Origin: Octopus vulgaris
Lineage: Eukaryota
Length of the DNA: 64,000 bases
Direction: 5' to 3'
NCBI GenBank assembly: GCA_951406725.2
Contig: OX597817.1
Coordinates: forward strand, 2,790,001-2,854,000
Below are positions 12,048-27,554 of the stretch, in pieces (the stretch's first letter is position 1; each line of letters starts with the position of its first letter). A program made the translations under genes and the position numbers. A model generated the notes under the pieces. It made no database searches. It saw only the letters and a list, made by a program, of their open reading frames with translations, and was not told the DNA's origin.

Positions 12048-12278
12048 GGCGGCGAGCTGGCAGAATCGTTAGCACGCAGGGCGAAATACGTAGCGGTATT
12101 TCGTCTGCCGTTACGTTCTGAGTTCAAATTCCGCTGAGGTCGACTTTGCATTTCATCCTTTCGGGATCGATTAAATAAGTACCAGTTACGCACTGGGGTC
12201 GATGTAATCGGCTTAATCGCTTTGTCTGTCCTTGTTTGTTCCCTCTATGCTTAGCCCCCTGTGGGCAATAAAGAAATA
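12048..12278 (+). mobile_element. SINE family B, full length
   Basis: ggcggcgagctggcagaatcgttagc (A-box-like), gagttcaaattcc (B-box), central tttcatcctttcgggatcgattaaataagtaccag, and tail ending aataaagaaata. Confidence 0.9.
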
Positions 12279-12289
12279 GATATTTAGAC

Positions 12290-12547
12290 CAGGAGTTCTG
12301 AACAATTTGATGTCCATGGATCCTTTCGATTCCTATGTTACTCAGGTTCCGTCACCACCCCGCCCCATACCCATTCGATGTTTAGAAAGGAAAGATCTTG
12401 TATTTTTATGGCTAAATACTATTAGAAATTGTGTAAAAAGAAGTTGCTAAACTGTAGACGTTTTAGCAATTAATTGCACATAAATTTTATCAACAAAGTC
12501 TTAGATGGACCGCCAAGGGTCGTATGAACTCAGGTCGAGAAGCAGTG
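12290..12547. mobile_element. hAT-superfamily MITE
   Basis: Degenerate TIRs caggagttctgaac / gtcgagaagcagtg and a perfect 8-bp target-site duplication atttagac at 12282-12289 and 12548-12555. Confidence 0.75.
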
Positions 12548-12825
12548 ATTTAGACAAAAACTTGTTCTATAGAAAGTAAGCCGCGGTAAGTCGGCTTAGC
12601 ATTATCTGGAGGTTGCACAGGTCTAAAGTGGCTCGAATGTTCGAAACAGTGTTACAGCTTTCAAAAAAGCTTCGTCTCTTGCATCACGTATCAATTTTTA
12701 GTAGATGTAACTCTAACTCGAAGCTAGAAACTTATTGCTTTCATACATATGCTATTTATACATACATACATACATACATACATACATACATACATACATA
12801 CATACATACATACATACATACATGC

Positions 12826-13232
12826 CCAATCCACCCATCCATTTTCACCACTCACTATTTCTGGAAGGTTCATGGGAGTAGAGTGTCCTCAAGTACCTCC
12901 CCCATGGGATCCTATGAGAAGCAACTGTCATTACACTTCCCGGCTGTATAGCGAAGCGTGACCAACTGCGTCTATGAATATTATTCAACCATTTTGCTCT
13001 TGGTCTGCCTTTAGGTCTCTTGCCAGTTGGCTCGGCTTGAAAAATCTGCATTGCGATCTTTTCCTGGAGCATTCCAGCCAAGTGTCCGTACTCATTGCGG
13101 AGAAATAGCGCCTCAACCAGAAGAGTCTCCCTGATCTCTGCGCTACACACTCTGTCGAATAACATTGCTTCAGAGACCCTGTGATGGAATACCATTTTGG
13201 CCTCTTGGACTCTCGAGCTTACCATTTCGATC
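12826..13232 (-). mobile_element. RTE-type LINE 3' fragment
   Basis: ORF contains YGHLAGM...IFQAEPTGKRPKGRPRAKWLNNI (RTE C-terminal GxRxxGRPxxxW) and ends at a GGAT/GTAT repeat tail. Confidence 0.8.
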
Positions 13233-15051
13233 ATTGCACATTTATGGCCATAAGTGAGGATAGGCAGGAAAACATGATTTTAAGATAGGAAATTTGTTTG
13301 TTTTTGTTTTTATCAACGAATGGTGGGAGATGGGAAACTGAACTGAATATATAATCATGCATCATAAAATATGTTAAATAGCTTATTGCTTTGAAGATGT
13401 GACTCACTTCTGGCATTGGAGACTTAGAGATCATGGATTCTCAATAATCATGTTTGACAAAACGATAGTGATTAGTACCTAATCAAAGAGTAGTATCCTA
13501 CCTTCAACTAGAACTTACCCGAAGAAAGTTATGCTCTGTGTATTATCATATTTTATTATTTTTCTTTAGCTTAACTTTTCTACTATAAATCTTAACCGCC
13601 ATACTTTTCCACCTCATTGTGATTCTGTACAAGACAATTGCCTGTTTTAGTTATTCTATTGTTCCACATTAAATTTTAGTTCTTTTGTTCTTGCCCTACT
13701 CTAGTATTTCAATATCAAATTCAGCCACTATAGGGAAGTTCAAAGTTCAATACTCAGAGTCCTAAATATAAAATTTTACACCCACTTCCCTCTCAGTACT
13801 CGAATGCAGTCCTTTTCACTTCGTTATCATCCTTATTGGTCTTAACTATTTTCAATACCTCTTTAAATATTTTATGCCTATTTTCCTTTACCCCCAAATA
13901 TATTTACTTCTTTCATCCGATATTTTTCATTAACATTATCCTTAATTTTTATAATCTACACCCGTATTTCTTTATATGGATTAATTTTATTTTTATTTTT
14001 TATCATAAAATATTGAGTTTGTTATGTCTTTTGCATTGTGTGCTCGCGCACACACACAGATACACACACACACAAACAAACATATATGTAATTATTCTTT
14101 AAATTTTTATTTACATATATCAAAAGTTCTATTAATCTTTTTATCTAGTCCCCATTTGTCACACTTTTATTAGTATAACGTTTCAGTTTCTTTGTAATTT
14201 TTAAAAGTGTTTTTCATTATTTTCAAATTATTCCATTGCTTAATATGTTAATTAATTACCTATAATTTAATTCTTCAATTAATTAAAAAAAATTCAAAAC
14301 TACGTATAGCTACTGCAACTCTTTTATTTCAAAAGAATTTGCATCACATACCCATTAATATTTCTGAAATTTTACTTGTCTTCCCAAACAGATATTTCTT
14401 TTACTACCCTTCTCTTCTCTCTTTCTTCTTTAATTCTACTTTAGCATTTCCCTTAATTTTATGCATTATTCTACATCCCTCCGTATCGTTTTAAACGTTT
14501 ACTTTAATTCCTTAACGATATTTATCCTTTCCTATTATAAATTCTTCTATTATATTGCCTCTATCAGATTCCTAAAATATTAAATATTTAAAGCTCTTTA
14601 ATTTACCATGTTTAATCCCTATCGATTTTATTCCCTAAAAGACTAAAACTTCTTTTAATAAACCCTTAGACTTCCCTGTTACACCTAATTATTATTCTCA
14701 GCAAATGTAATCAGTTTATTCTATATTCCCACGTTAACATAATCGTAAATTCAAAAACAAATTCTAGAAAACATTTAGTTAATTGGTGATTATAATTGTT
14801 ATTATTTACTATTATTGTAGCTATCTCTTTTATCTGTTGCATGTCTCAGTCATTTGGCTGGGCCAAGGATTTTGGTCTAGCAAATCGACCCCAGTATTTA
14901 TTTTTTAAATCTCTATGTCAAACTATTATGTTACAAGGACGTAAATAAAGAAACACCAGCTGTTAGGAAGCAGAGGACAAAGGCAGACACAAAAATACAT
15001 ATACACATACGCTCACATGTACAATTACACTTATATATATGTATGTGTGTT

Positions 15052-15094
<43 letters not shown>

Positions 15095-15644
15095 TGAGTA
15101 TATTCTTAGTACTAAGCCGATGAAGCACGTTCACTGCCAATGGTTACCGGACGTTATCCGCAGTTTTAAGCAGTGTCACTAGATCTACCTCGGGAATTCT
15201 TCAGTGTATGTTGAGTACATAACAAATGATGGAGTGGTTTATAGATTAAATATACTTCCAGTGACAACATGCCGTATCAAAACCGAGCGAAGTACTGTTT
15301 ATTTAATGAGATACTCCTTATAACATCACCGGAGGAGATGCGCCACAACCAGTTGAACAGCATCCCACCCACGATGGATTGATGCAGAATGTGTCGAAAC
15401 CATCGTTGTGAGCAATAATATTCTCATATATTCCATTTTCCATCTCTATCATTTATTTTATACACACACATACGCTCACACACACACACACACACACACA
15501 TAACACATACACACACACATATATAAATGTGTGTGTGTGTGTGTACTACCGGCTTCCACACAGATTCCGTATACTAAATTTACTTTAAAGCATTGAATAG
15601 CCTGGAGAACCTAATCTTTGCTCAGAAAAATGATATTACTGAAA

Positions 15645-15876
15645 AATACAGGTCATTTCACAGACGCTAAACTATAAATTTCACAGGGTACAACCTTAAA
15701 GTTGGCACCCCTATACGCAGAAAATTTCTGTCTCGCTACTGGCTAAAAATACACAGTTCTTTTCGATTTTTACGCCTCTGTAACATTTTCCTCCAATTTT
15801 TACTCCACAACAAAATGCCTTCATAGTGATAAGAGTGGAAAACTACATTAATATAGCCGATTTTCAGATTTTTTTC
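15645..15876 (+). repeat. Unclassified dispersed repeat (second copy inverted at 58233-58446)
   Basis: cagacgctaaactataaatttcacagggtacaaccttaaagttggcacc...gcagaaaatttctgtctcgcta...gccgattttcagattttt aligns with the reverse complement of 58233-58446. Orientation is arbitrary. Confidence 0.75.
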
Positions 15877-16396
15877 ACTTCCGATTAAAAAAGGCAGATG
15901 TTGTGAATCAGCTTAACTAGATCTGTGATGTTTTAAACTGAGTGATTAATTTGTACTTTTTAAAATTCGCTTTGTTTTTGTTTGGTAGGGCGTCATTCGT
16001 GAACGTGTTTTTATTTTATTTTCTGTGTGTGTGTGTGTGTCGTGTAGGCATTATTTATGCTGCTTGTAAATATTAGCATGTGCACATGGATGCATGGACG
16101 GTTGCATGTAAAGGTAATTATTCAATTTACGTACTTTCTATGTAATTAGTGTGGTTTTCCAGGGTTCATGGTGCTGTTTTCGACGTCTTGCGCATGTGAC
16201 ATTGAGATATCAGGTATTTAAGAAAGAAACTGCACTGCATGTAACAAACATTTTTCTAATTTTTTAGTTCCTTTGCTTTAACAGAACCTTTCTATCGCGA
16301 ATTTTCCCTTCCATTACTCCGATGTTATTGAAATAAGTTTGTTTTATGGAGAGAGCTTTTTAGAGTACGCCCATGTTGTTATTTAACGCGGAGCTA

Positions 16397-17020
<624 letters not shown>

Positions 17021-17039
17021 ATTACACACAGGGTGAGAT

Positions 17040-17215
17040 ATTTAGCTGCATTTTGTCCGTCTTCATGTTCTGAGTTCTAATTTCGCCGAAGTTGAACTTG
17101 CCTCTCATCCTCTCGGTGGTTGATAAAATAAGAGTTAGTTGAGCACTGGGGTCGATGTAATCGACTGGCCTTGTCCCCCGAGCTTGCTGGTAATGAACCA
17201 AAGTTTGAAACCATT
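17040..17215 (+). mobile_element. SINE family B copy (diverged)
   Basis: catgttctgagttctaatttcgccgaag...gataaaataagag...cactggggtcgatgtaatcgact. Confidence 0.75.
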
Positions 17216-18663
17216 ATTATTATTGTTATTTTTACCATCCTCGTCATTATCAGAAGCAGCAGCATCATTAGAAAGTTAATGAGCAAGCAGAATCATAAGA
17301 GCGTCGGAAAATGCTGTACGGGGACATTTATTGAACATTTCGTTAGGTTATGCCCTTGCTGGTGTTAGACAAAATTATCAGTTTTTGTAGCACTAAGAGA
17401 GCAGTGGCTTTTTTTCCTCGGATTTTCCACTCATAAATATTACAGAAACAACCGTCAAACAAACAAAAAACTGTAAAAAAATAACAGCATCATATTAGTA
17501 AAAAAGCAAATAGTAGAAAATGAAAAAAGTAACATTCCCACAGAATATTACAGTATAATAAACAACAACAACAACAACAACGACAAAAACAACGTATTGC
17601 ATTGGATGTAAACTTGAATAACGAAAAGCTACCCTTTGCCTATCTCTGATGATTTTTATATCCGGAATAGCTTGGATATCTTGCTGTTACTCAACCCCAT
17701 GTTATTTATTTTAATTATATTTGGATTATAGAAAGCAGTACATCCCGAGCGACTCTGGACTATATCTTCCTGAAAATAGTAAGTCTTTAAGCATTGTGGT
17801 TTTCTGTTTAGACGTTTGTAAGTATTGGCGTCATCAACATCTACAAAAAAAATCACACCTGTAATATATATATAAAAAAAAAGAATACTGAAAATCAGAC
17901 ACTTGAACAGCCCTTTGTCACAGGACGTAAATAGTAAGAAAAATATTTAGATAATGAAAACAAAAAGAAAATGGTTTTATTAGCAATAACATTCGCTAAC
18001 GCACACCTGCTACCTCAAGTGAAGGTGTTATGAAAGAATTTCTCGCTCGTCTTTGGTTTCAGACGTCACTATTAACGCTAAAAACTGAACATTGGTATTT
18101 TCGCACCGATAAGTTTGTATGGCAAGTTTGTGTATCTAAGCAACTTTCGTTTCTTCCTCATCTCGATACCAAGCAACAAGGATGGAAAAATTACATGCCT
18201 GTATTTGTCTCGCTTGGGGTATAAGCACTTATCTTGAAACAACGGAATTTCGAGGGAACATTACATCCTTTAGCCGGAGTAAAATTCGTACAGATCTCTA
18301 TGAGTAGTTGTCAGAGATGAAGATGAAGCAAGTAAACAGAGTAATTGCGATATACAACAGCCTAGACAGATACTTGTGCTGCTACAAATGGAACTACGAA
18401 ATACGAGGATTAAAATCTAGGATGCTAGGAACGGCATTGATTCTTCATGGCACACCATGAGCAGGTAGAAAATGTTGATCAAATAGAGAATAACTTATAG
18501 TCGGGTGGATTCTCAATGAGCAAACACATACACATGATCATGAACTCTATATGTCCATCCCAGAACTCTTCCCATTCGTGAGTTTGCAAGATTTTTGACT
18601 CGACGGGTGTCATCTAAATATATTTCTCAGAGAATGACTAGTATTTTTACACACACACACATA

Positions 18664-18719
<56 letters not shown>

Positions 18720-19057
18720 TATCAACATAAATACAATGACTGTGCTTCAGGATGAACGCATATATATTTTTGCATTTGTACATATCCATTCCATATTACA
18801 TTGTATGAAATATTTTTGTCATCATCTCAACTATTTTTAAAAAGATGGTTAGAACGCCAGCCAATAATATTCTCTTATTATTCTATGTCAACGAACCGGC
18901 GTTCACTATAATCACCAAACATTTCGAATATGTGTTTTTTATATATAAATTTCCATTTTTCTGAAGTCCGCAGTTGGGTTATGGTGAACTCAGTGTAAAG
19001 ATTTATACCTCAACCTCAGTCTACTTTCGTTTATTGACTAGTTTCTTTTCTTTCTCT

Positions 19058-19173
19058 TATGTATGTATGTATGTATGTATGTATGTATGTATGTATGTAT
19101 GTATGTATGTATGTATGTATGTATGTATGAATGTATGTATGTATGTATGTATGCATGAATGTATGTATGTATG

Positions 19174-19207
<34 letters not shown>

Positions 19208-19336
19208 TATATGTATGTATGTATGTATGAGTGTATGTATGTATGTATGTATGTATGTATGTATGTATGTATGTATGTATGTATGTATGTATGTATGTAT
19301 ACTTACATATAAGAGAACAAAGTGTACGTACGCCGC

Positions 19337-19377
<41 letters not shown>

Positions 19378-19437
19378 ATGTATGTAGTATGTATGTATGT
19401 ATGTATGTATGTAGGTAGGTAGGTAGGTAGGTAGGTA
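19058..19437. repeat. (TATG)n microsatellite with TA/TG/TAGG segments
   Basis: Directly visible. Confidence 0.95.
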
Positions 19438-20181
19438 TGGATATATGTACGAATGTCTATTTATACGTAAATTCACCCCCCACACACACATACAATCACA
19501 CACACACACAATCACACACACACACACACAATCACACACACAAACACACTTATACAAAGACACATGATGAACCAGCTAAAATAGCAAAAAACACATCAAG
19601 GACAAATTTTCACAAAGGTTTTATTAGTTTCGCGCTTCAAAAAAAAAAGGGGTGGGGTTAAAGAAAAAGGGGTTTTAGGTTTTGGACATAGAGTCCCAGA
19701 TCAGAGAATAAAAGAAAGAAAGGAGAGAGGTGTTGTGGGATGGAGGGAAGAGAAAAACGTTAAGGGCTGGATGGGAATGCAGTTTTATGAGGTGTTAAGA
19801 AGAAAAGAAGAGGTGGGGCAGCTTTGTGCATATAAAGGAGAGTATTTATGTAAGAAGATGGAAATAGGGGGGGGGGGAGTTTGAGTAGTGTGAGATGCGG
19901 TTGATTGGCTTGGAGCGAGTGGGGATGCGTGGGAGGTGAATATGGTAAAGGTGAGAAGAAACCGTGGAAGCAGAAAAATGCGGGGAACGGTGGAGTAGAC
20001 GGTGTTGCGGGTGACAAAACAAAATTAACTCAGGTACAAATTTGAAGAAAAGATGCAAAGTATACGAAGGGGAAAAATAAGTAGAAAAAAACCCATAAAA
20101 TGTTAGCTAAATATCTGAAGAAGAAAAAAAACCAGTTGAGCATGAAAACACGTGAAAAGGCAGGAGAACTGAATGGTCAAG

Positions 20182-20242
<61 letters not shown>

Positions 20243-20692
20243 ATGTGATTACTGGAAAAGGTAGCGTATCAAAAGGGAGAGATAATTATAAAAGGATATA
20301 AAAAAGGGAACATGAAAACGGCTGTTATAAAGACCGTAAGGAGAAAAGCTGTTGAACATAAAACAGGTACCTGTTCAGAGGAAAAGTAGTAAAGTCAATA
20401 AAAAGGAATAAGAAAGATTATGTTGAAAGGCAGGAAAATTTGAACAAAAGGTTTAGAAAATGACTGCATATATAACACGGGGAAATCTGGCAAAGAATCT
20501 GTTATTGGAAAAGAGAGTTGTAAAAGGGGACAGAATTGTAAAGAGGTTGGAAATGTGAATGTTATTAAAAGGATATGAAAGACACCATGGTGCGAAAACG
20601 TAATATATTCAGGCGGTGAGAATAGGCACAGAAGGGTTGAATTATATGTGGGTGTGCGTATGTCGTCGTCGGTTATATCAAGTATCCGAGTA

Positions 20693-20775
20693 CAGTAATC
20701 CCTCGACTATCGCGAGTGTTACGTTCCAAAACCCCTGCGATAGATTAGAATCCGCGAAGCAGAAATAGTACTGTA

Positions 20776-20778
<3 letters not shown>
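20693..20778 (+). mobile_element. pogo/Tigger-like terminal fragment
   Basis: TA followed by cagtaatccctcgactatcgcg...gttacgttcc, a typical Tigger-type TIR start. The partner end was not found. Confidence 0.55.
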
Positions 20779-20825
<47 letters not shown>

Positions 20826-20827
<2 letters not shown>

Positions 20828-20990
20828 TTTGTCTGTCTTGATAGACAATGGGTCGCGCCAAGGGTGGGGCCTACTTTGATGATGAGCAGCGTCTGCTGTG
20901 ACTGAACAGTTCAATTCTAGAGTGGCAGTCCCTGGTACAGTTGCTGTACACGAACATCGATGGGTACGTGTGGGGTGTTGCTGCAGTTGT
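20826..20990 (-). mobile_element. RTE-type LINE extreme 3' end
   Basis: Minus frame reads MFVYSNCTRDCHSRIELFSHSRRCSSSK* (RTE C-terminal zinc-finger-like), then a 3' UTR hairpin tgtct-atca-agaca. Confidence 0.7.
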
Positions 20991-21034
20991 CCTCCTCCTG
21001 TCCCGCCTGTCCGAGTCGCCATGATTGATCGTTA

Positions 21035-21205
21035 GCCACTACACACATTTTTTTCTGTCCTTGTTTTTTCTGTGTCCCTTTCTGTAGAAGCGCGTAGGCT
21101 CGAAACGTAAAATACTTTCTCTATTCCTGAGCGTTATACTAATACATCTGTTTGTTTTGTACACCACCTGTCTTCGTCTTTTGGTTTTTTCGTAAACTTT
21201 CCCTA
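21035..21205 (+). mobile_element. Family H1 copy with hammerhead-like motif at 21078-21113
   Basis: cttt-CTGTAGA-A-gcgc-gtag-gctc-GAAAC-GTA-aaat, then ttcctgagcgttatactaatacatc...; ends at (TA)n. Confidence 0.75.
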
Positions 21206-21234
21206 TATATATATATTGTATGTATTTTCTCTTT

Positions 21235-21510
21235 TGCAGAACGCTTCCTTTACGGTGACGCCATTGATGACTCTGAGGAACAATTCTTGCATATAAGAGT
21301 GGATGGCATTGACTGCATGGCAATGTTGATTTTGTCCAGCCTTTCTCTCCTGTCATTTGATTTCTTCCTTTTCTCTTCTGATGGCTGCGAAGTTTTTGTT
21401 TCCGATGGTGTTGGAACGTCGCCACTTGATACGGTGTTTCAAACGATTTAGGCTCAATTCTAGTGACTTTCAATGTTGCTTGAGATGGTCCTTCTATCAT
21501 TGAAGACACC
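21235..21510 (-). mobile_element. Probable RTE-type LINE 3' fragment
   Basis: Frameshifted minus-strand pieces [27 protein letters not shown] and TLICKNC resemble the RTE C-terminus KDxLKxxLxxxxIxxxxWExxAxDRxxWR plus zinc finger. Confidence 0.5.
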
Positions 21511-21531
21511 ATGTGTGTTTATGTATGTGTG

Positions 21532-21584
<53 letters not shown>

Positions 21585-21639
21585 GAATATATGCATGTAT
21601 GTACGTATAGATATATATGTATATGCATGTATGCATGTA

Positions 21640-21692
<53 letters not shown>

Positions 21693-21708
21693 ATGTGTGT
21701 GTGTGTGT

Positions 21709-21749
<41 letters not shown>

Positions 21750-22857
21750 TGTGTGTGTAGTGAACAGTTCAGATCCAGAGATTCTCAGTATTGAAGACAG
21801 TAGTGCTCAAATGATTCAATTACAAGTTTTCAAATTCAGGTGTATTTCCAACAACAAATTCTCCTATATTTTCACATATATGTATGTGTGTGTGTGTGTA
21901 TAAAATTTAGATTCAGTTGTTGAATATATATATATATAATAGATAGATACATACATATATATACATGTATATATACATACGTATACATATATGCATATAT
22001 ATATATATACATACATATATAGCAATATACACTCATATATATATATATATACACATATATACATACATATACATATATATATACATATATACATACATAT
22101 ATACATACATAAAGAGATAGAAAGAAAGAGCCAAAGATAGAGATAGACCGACAGACAGAGAGACAGATAGTCAGAAAGAAACTGACTTAAAGGTAATTAC
22201 AAAAAAGCAGCAAGGTGGCCGTCCACAAAAAGATTGTACGTAGCACATTAATCAGGAAACTAAAAGGAAGCTGAAATTTTGCCGAGCCTGCAAAAAGAGA
22301 AGCAACCACAAAGCATCTCTATATTTTGTCTCAGTTCCTTCCTGTGTTCATTCATTAATCTCTTGGTCCATTCAAGTACTTATTCCTTAAAATCCTTCTT
22401 TGCTTTTCAATGCCTTATTGCATTGTGTGTTCTTTATTTGGAAACTATCGAAAGAAATATATTAAAGAAGAAAAAACGAAACGCCAGAGGTAAAACAGAT
22501 ATAAAAAAAAAGAAAAATAAAGAAAATGCTATATGTAAAACGGAAAACATTCGGAAGAAATATTATAAAGTCGTCTGCAATCTTGAGTTTGTGTGACTGA
22601 TATTTCAGCCATTAACTCAGCCATTTTTAACGTAAAGTTCATGAGACAGAGATACTTTTATGCATGTATTAGATATGTAATATTGTAAAATTGGGACATA
22701 AGACGACATGCACTAAAGTGCATTTATGGCAACAGGGAAAGGAAGAGCGAATTTATAAGGAATTCATAACTACATTCATAAACTATACTGTCTTCATTTG
22801 GTATTTGTGTGTGTACTTGTATGGACATATCAATTTATATACAAACGTAGATACATT

Positions 22858-22888
<31 letters not shown>

Positions 22889-23404
22889 GCGTGTGTGTGT
22901 GTGCGTGTGTGTGTGTGTATGTATGCATATATATACATGTATGCATATGTATATATTCATTCATACATACGTATATACACATATAATGAGTGCCGCTACG
23001 TCTTATAATTGTTGTATCGCCCCATCCCCTCTCACCCCTCCCCCTCTCTCTTTTCCATTATTCATGCGTATATGTGTAAATGTGTGCATGAGTGCGTATG
23101 TGTGCGTGTGCATATGTGCGGGCATAATATCTGGATCTTTGTGGTTGAGTGTAAGTATACATACACACATACACACACACACACGCACACACATATATAT
23201 ATATACATATATACACACGCATATACATACATATATACTTATACATATGTATATATATATATATATGGAAGAAGTGTATGAATATATATGTGTGTATATA
23301 TATATATATATATACATATATACACACACATATACATACATATATACTTATACATATGTATATATATATATATATATATATATGGAAGAAGTGTATGAAT
23401 ATAT

Positions 23405-23444
<40 letters not shown>

Positions 23445-24447
23445 ACATACATAAATACATACACACATATATATATGTACACATATATATATATATACAC
23501 ATACACATTTACATATATGTATACATATATATATATATATATATATATATGCACGCGCAAGTGTGTCTGTGTACGGCTATGTTTAAAGTATACACACGTG
23601 TCTATGTGTGTATGCATTATATTTCATATATATTCCCCGTGCATTATATTCCTTATAATTCTGATAATAACTTGACTTATTCTTCCCTTTCACACATAAC
23701 AATTTACATAATTTCCTCATCTGTTACAACTTTTACCATTTCCCTTTCTCTCTCTCTCTCTCTCCCTCTTACATTGCTTATAGCTTTCTTCTATTATTTT
23801 CGTTTTCTTCAACTCCAACCGCTTCCTCCGCGCAATCTTCTCATTCATCTCTCCTTCTCTCCGTATCTTCTGCTCTTCACTTTCTGACTTCTTGTTCTCC
23901 TTTCTGTCTGCTTGTCTCTGTCTACTGGCATTTTTGCTTCTTTCTTTTTCATTTCTCATTTGAAATATGTTATTTCTCTTTTCGTCTGTCTGTTCTCCTG
24001 TCTCTGCCACATCTCTCGAGCTCCATCTTTCACACATAAACACCCACGCACTGCAATTCTTTCTATCCTCACCCATTTTTTTTTTGTAAGCCTCTGTATT
24101 TCTTTCCCTTCTTTTGTCTAATTTTCTTTCACTCTTTCTTTCTCTCTCACTCACGCACACGCACTCTCTGTCTCTTTCCTTTTCTTTGTCGATAATTGCT
24201 TTCCTCTCCAAACGTCTATCTCTGACTTTTTGTTTTCAGTACTTCTTTCTTCATCACTTTCTTAGTTTTTGTTGCCTCTCATTTTGTAATTGTTTCATAT
24301 ATGTATGTATGTATGCATGTATGTATGTATGTATGTATGTATGTATGTTTGCATGGATGGATGGATGTGTGTGCATTTATGTGTGTGTGTGTGTGTATAT
24401 ATATGATTACAGGTATGTGTGTATTATATATAGATATAGATAGACAA

Positions 24448-24500
<53 letters not shown>

Positions 24501-24582
24501 GAGATAGACTGATACAGATACATACATATATCTATACATGCATATACATACATGTGTACTTATATATCCACATACATGTGTA

Positions 24583-24645
<63 letters not shown>

Positions 24646-25493
24646 ATATATATATCCACATACATGTGTATATATATATATGCTTATATATATATATGTG
24701 TGTGTGTGTGTGTGAGTGTGTGTGTGTGTATGTAAATATATATTTGTGTGTGTGTCTGTGCGTGTGTATCCGCATACTCACAGGTATATGTAAATGAGTA
24801 TTTGTATTAGTATGTTTGTGTGAGTATATGTGCATATATATATTTATATGTGTTTGCGTATATCTCCCACCAGTTCCTTCATTAATTCTCTTCTACTTCA
24901 CGACGCATCTCTGTCTCACTCAGTTTTTTCCCTCTCTTTCTTTCCCTTTCTCTCTCTCACCATCTCACCCCATCTCTATCTTCCATTCTCTCTTGACTTT
25001 TCTATCTCTCATCCTGTCATCCTCACTCTCAACTTTCCTCCTCCCCCCCCCCAGCTTTCTCATCTGTAGTGCCTTACAAACCACCGATCTCCGCCTCATC
25101 CTTTTTGTTTCCTTTTCGCGTTCACATAACTCTTTGAATGCAATCACTCTCCCGCCGCCACCGCCACCCACACGAATACGCACTTACTCCTTTACTCCCA
25201 CCCTCCTTGTTTTCTGAACTTATGTCATATTCATTCTCAGCAGATTCCCTCCTCATCCCCCACCTCGGGCAGTTAGTCATCCTGCAGAAAGAAGTCCTCT
25301 AAATTCGTTTCCAACATTTAAAACATTGCCAGGAATTGGCAATACTGAAGAGGCAGGCACAAAGGTACACTACGCGCGCACATGCGTGTGCGTGTGTATC
25401 TGTGCGTGTGTGTGTGTGTGTGCGTGGTCGTGTGTACACAACCACACACACACATATCGATAGATAGATATACAGACAGACAGATTGTTAGAT

Positions 25494-25569
<76 letters not shown>

Positions 25570-26165
25570 ACATATATATATATATACGTGTGTGTGTGTG
25601 TATACACATTTATATACATACATATCTATGGATATGAATATACACCTATATACATATCTATACATACGTATATTCACATACATATATGCGTGTGTTCGCT
25701 TGTGTATATCTGTATGTGTACGTGTATGTATGTGGATTTCTGACAGTGTGTCTGTGTGTCTGGGTACAAATAAACAACTAGAAAGATAGATACTCGCACA
25801 CACACACATACGCACACACACATGCACACACACACAAATACATACACACTGACACAAGCACAGTCACCCAGAGACACAGACACAGACACATTGATGGTAG
25901 GCACAGACAACATAAAAAAGAGAATGAATGAAAATGATAGAGAGAACTTTGAGAGAGAGAGAGGGAGAGAAAGGGGGAGAGAGAGAGATTGGGGTGAGAC
26001 AGAAATAATTGTCAAGATTGGAAGGGTTTAATAATGTCACCGTCAGGAAATGAAGCTAAAAAGATTGAGATGTTAAAAACGTTACTTGACTAGGTATGCA
26101 GGGACTGATAGGCTGAAGTATGGTTTGTAACCAACGGGGCAGTGTGAGGGTGTGAGTGTGTGTGT

Positions 26166-26205
<40 letters not shown>

Positions 26206-26365
26206 GTATACGCGGCATTTTATGTTTATACCCTTTCACACATATATATTAAAATGCATGCATGAATGTGCATGTGTCTGTGTTCGTAAATATATATATA
26301 TATACTACTCACAGGCACACACTATATCTATCTATATACACACATGCATATACATACACACACAC

Positions 26366-26451
<86 letters not shown>

Positions 26452-26515
26452 ATGTGTGTGCATATACATACATACATACATCGCTGCATGCTAGCGATCG
26501 TACATATATGGATCG

Positions 26516-26575
<60 letters not shown>

Positions 26576-26576
26576 T

Positions 26577-26639
<63 letters not shown>

Positions 26640-26706
26640 TGATAGATAGATAGATTGATAGATAGATTGATAGATAGATAGATAGATGGATTGATAGATA
26701 GATAGA
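21511..26706. repeat. Microsatellite-dense block: (TA)n, (TG)n, (TATG)n, (GATA)n and CT-rich tracts
   Basis: Directly visible. Examples are (GATA)n at 24449-24505 and 26517-26706 and the pyrimidine tracts at 23740-24280 and 24880-25260. Confidence 0.9.
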
Positions 26707-27519
26707 CAGTTTCCTTATAGACGGAACCGTATTCCAATCTGGGTTGTTATGGCGGTGAAGGAAAAAGGAAAATGGCGATTTCAAATTTCGGTTAATATAT
26801 TCAGAAAAATCTATGCATAAATAGCTGAGAATAGGGAGCACGTGAAGGGGAAGGAAGGCGGGATTAGAGAGGCGGCGGCGTGTAGGGAGGGAAATGAACG
26901 ATAAGAGACAGGTGGTGGTGGTGGCTGGTAAACGGGGATAGGGGGGAAATGCTGATAGTGGCGTAGTGATTTGTGATGGATGTGATGAAGGTGGTCGGTG
27001 TTGTGATGATGAAGCTGGTGCTTTTGATAACGTTGCTATTGGTGTTGTCTATAGTATTGTTGTCGCTTGTTGTTATTGGTGGTGGTGGCGACGAACGCAG
27101 TGGTTGTCGTGGTGATGTTGCTGGTTGTTATGATGCTGTTGGCTTTGCTTTTGTTGCTGTTGTTATTGTTGGCAATGGTGGTTATGACCAAAGGCAATCC
27201 ACCCATGACCAAAAGCAATCCACTCGTGTCTATCCTTGTCTATTTTTTTTTTTAGGAAAATGTGGGATATTTTTCGATAAGTTCTTTCTTTTGGCGAGAG
27301 GGTGGGGTGAGGTTTGAGGGAGACTGGCAGTGGTGGAGGCGATGGCAGTGGTTCTTGTGATAGTAGTTGTTATGGTGGAGTTGATTGCAGCGGTTTGGTG
27401 GTAGTTACTGCGTCGTCTGCCATACAGACGCATCAAGCAATGACACCAGACTCCATTTTCCCGCGCTTTCTCTGCTTGTTAACTCTTAAGCTGATTTTTT
27501 TTTTGTTACTTTCGTTTTC

Positions 27520-27554
<35 letters not shown>

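Noticed and set aside
15365-15412. Possible additional hammerhead (cacgatgg...gtcgaaaccatcgttgtg)
   Set aside because: GAAA and a short inverted repeat are present, but no CYGANGA core or stem II can be drawn.
21225-21451. Plus-strand exon after a strong acceptor ttttctcttttgcag
   Set aside because: The sequence is better explained as the antisense of an RTE-like 3' end, and no convincing donor was found.
21818-21875. ~55-bp similarity to 59627-59685 (ttacaag-tttcaaattcaggtg...)
   Set aside because: Real but short, and too little to classify beyond a probable fragment of an old dispersed repeat.
18974-26841. Many ORFs of the YIYI, MYVC, HTHT and YLSI type
   Set aside because: They are translations of (TA)n, (TATG)n, (CA)n and (GATA)n microsatellites that lack stop codons.
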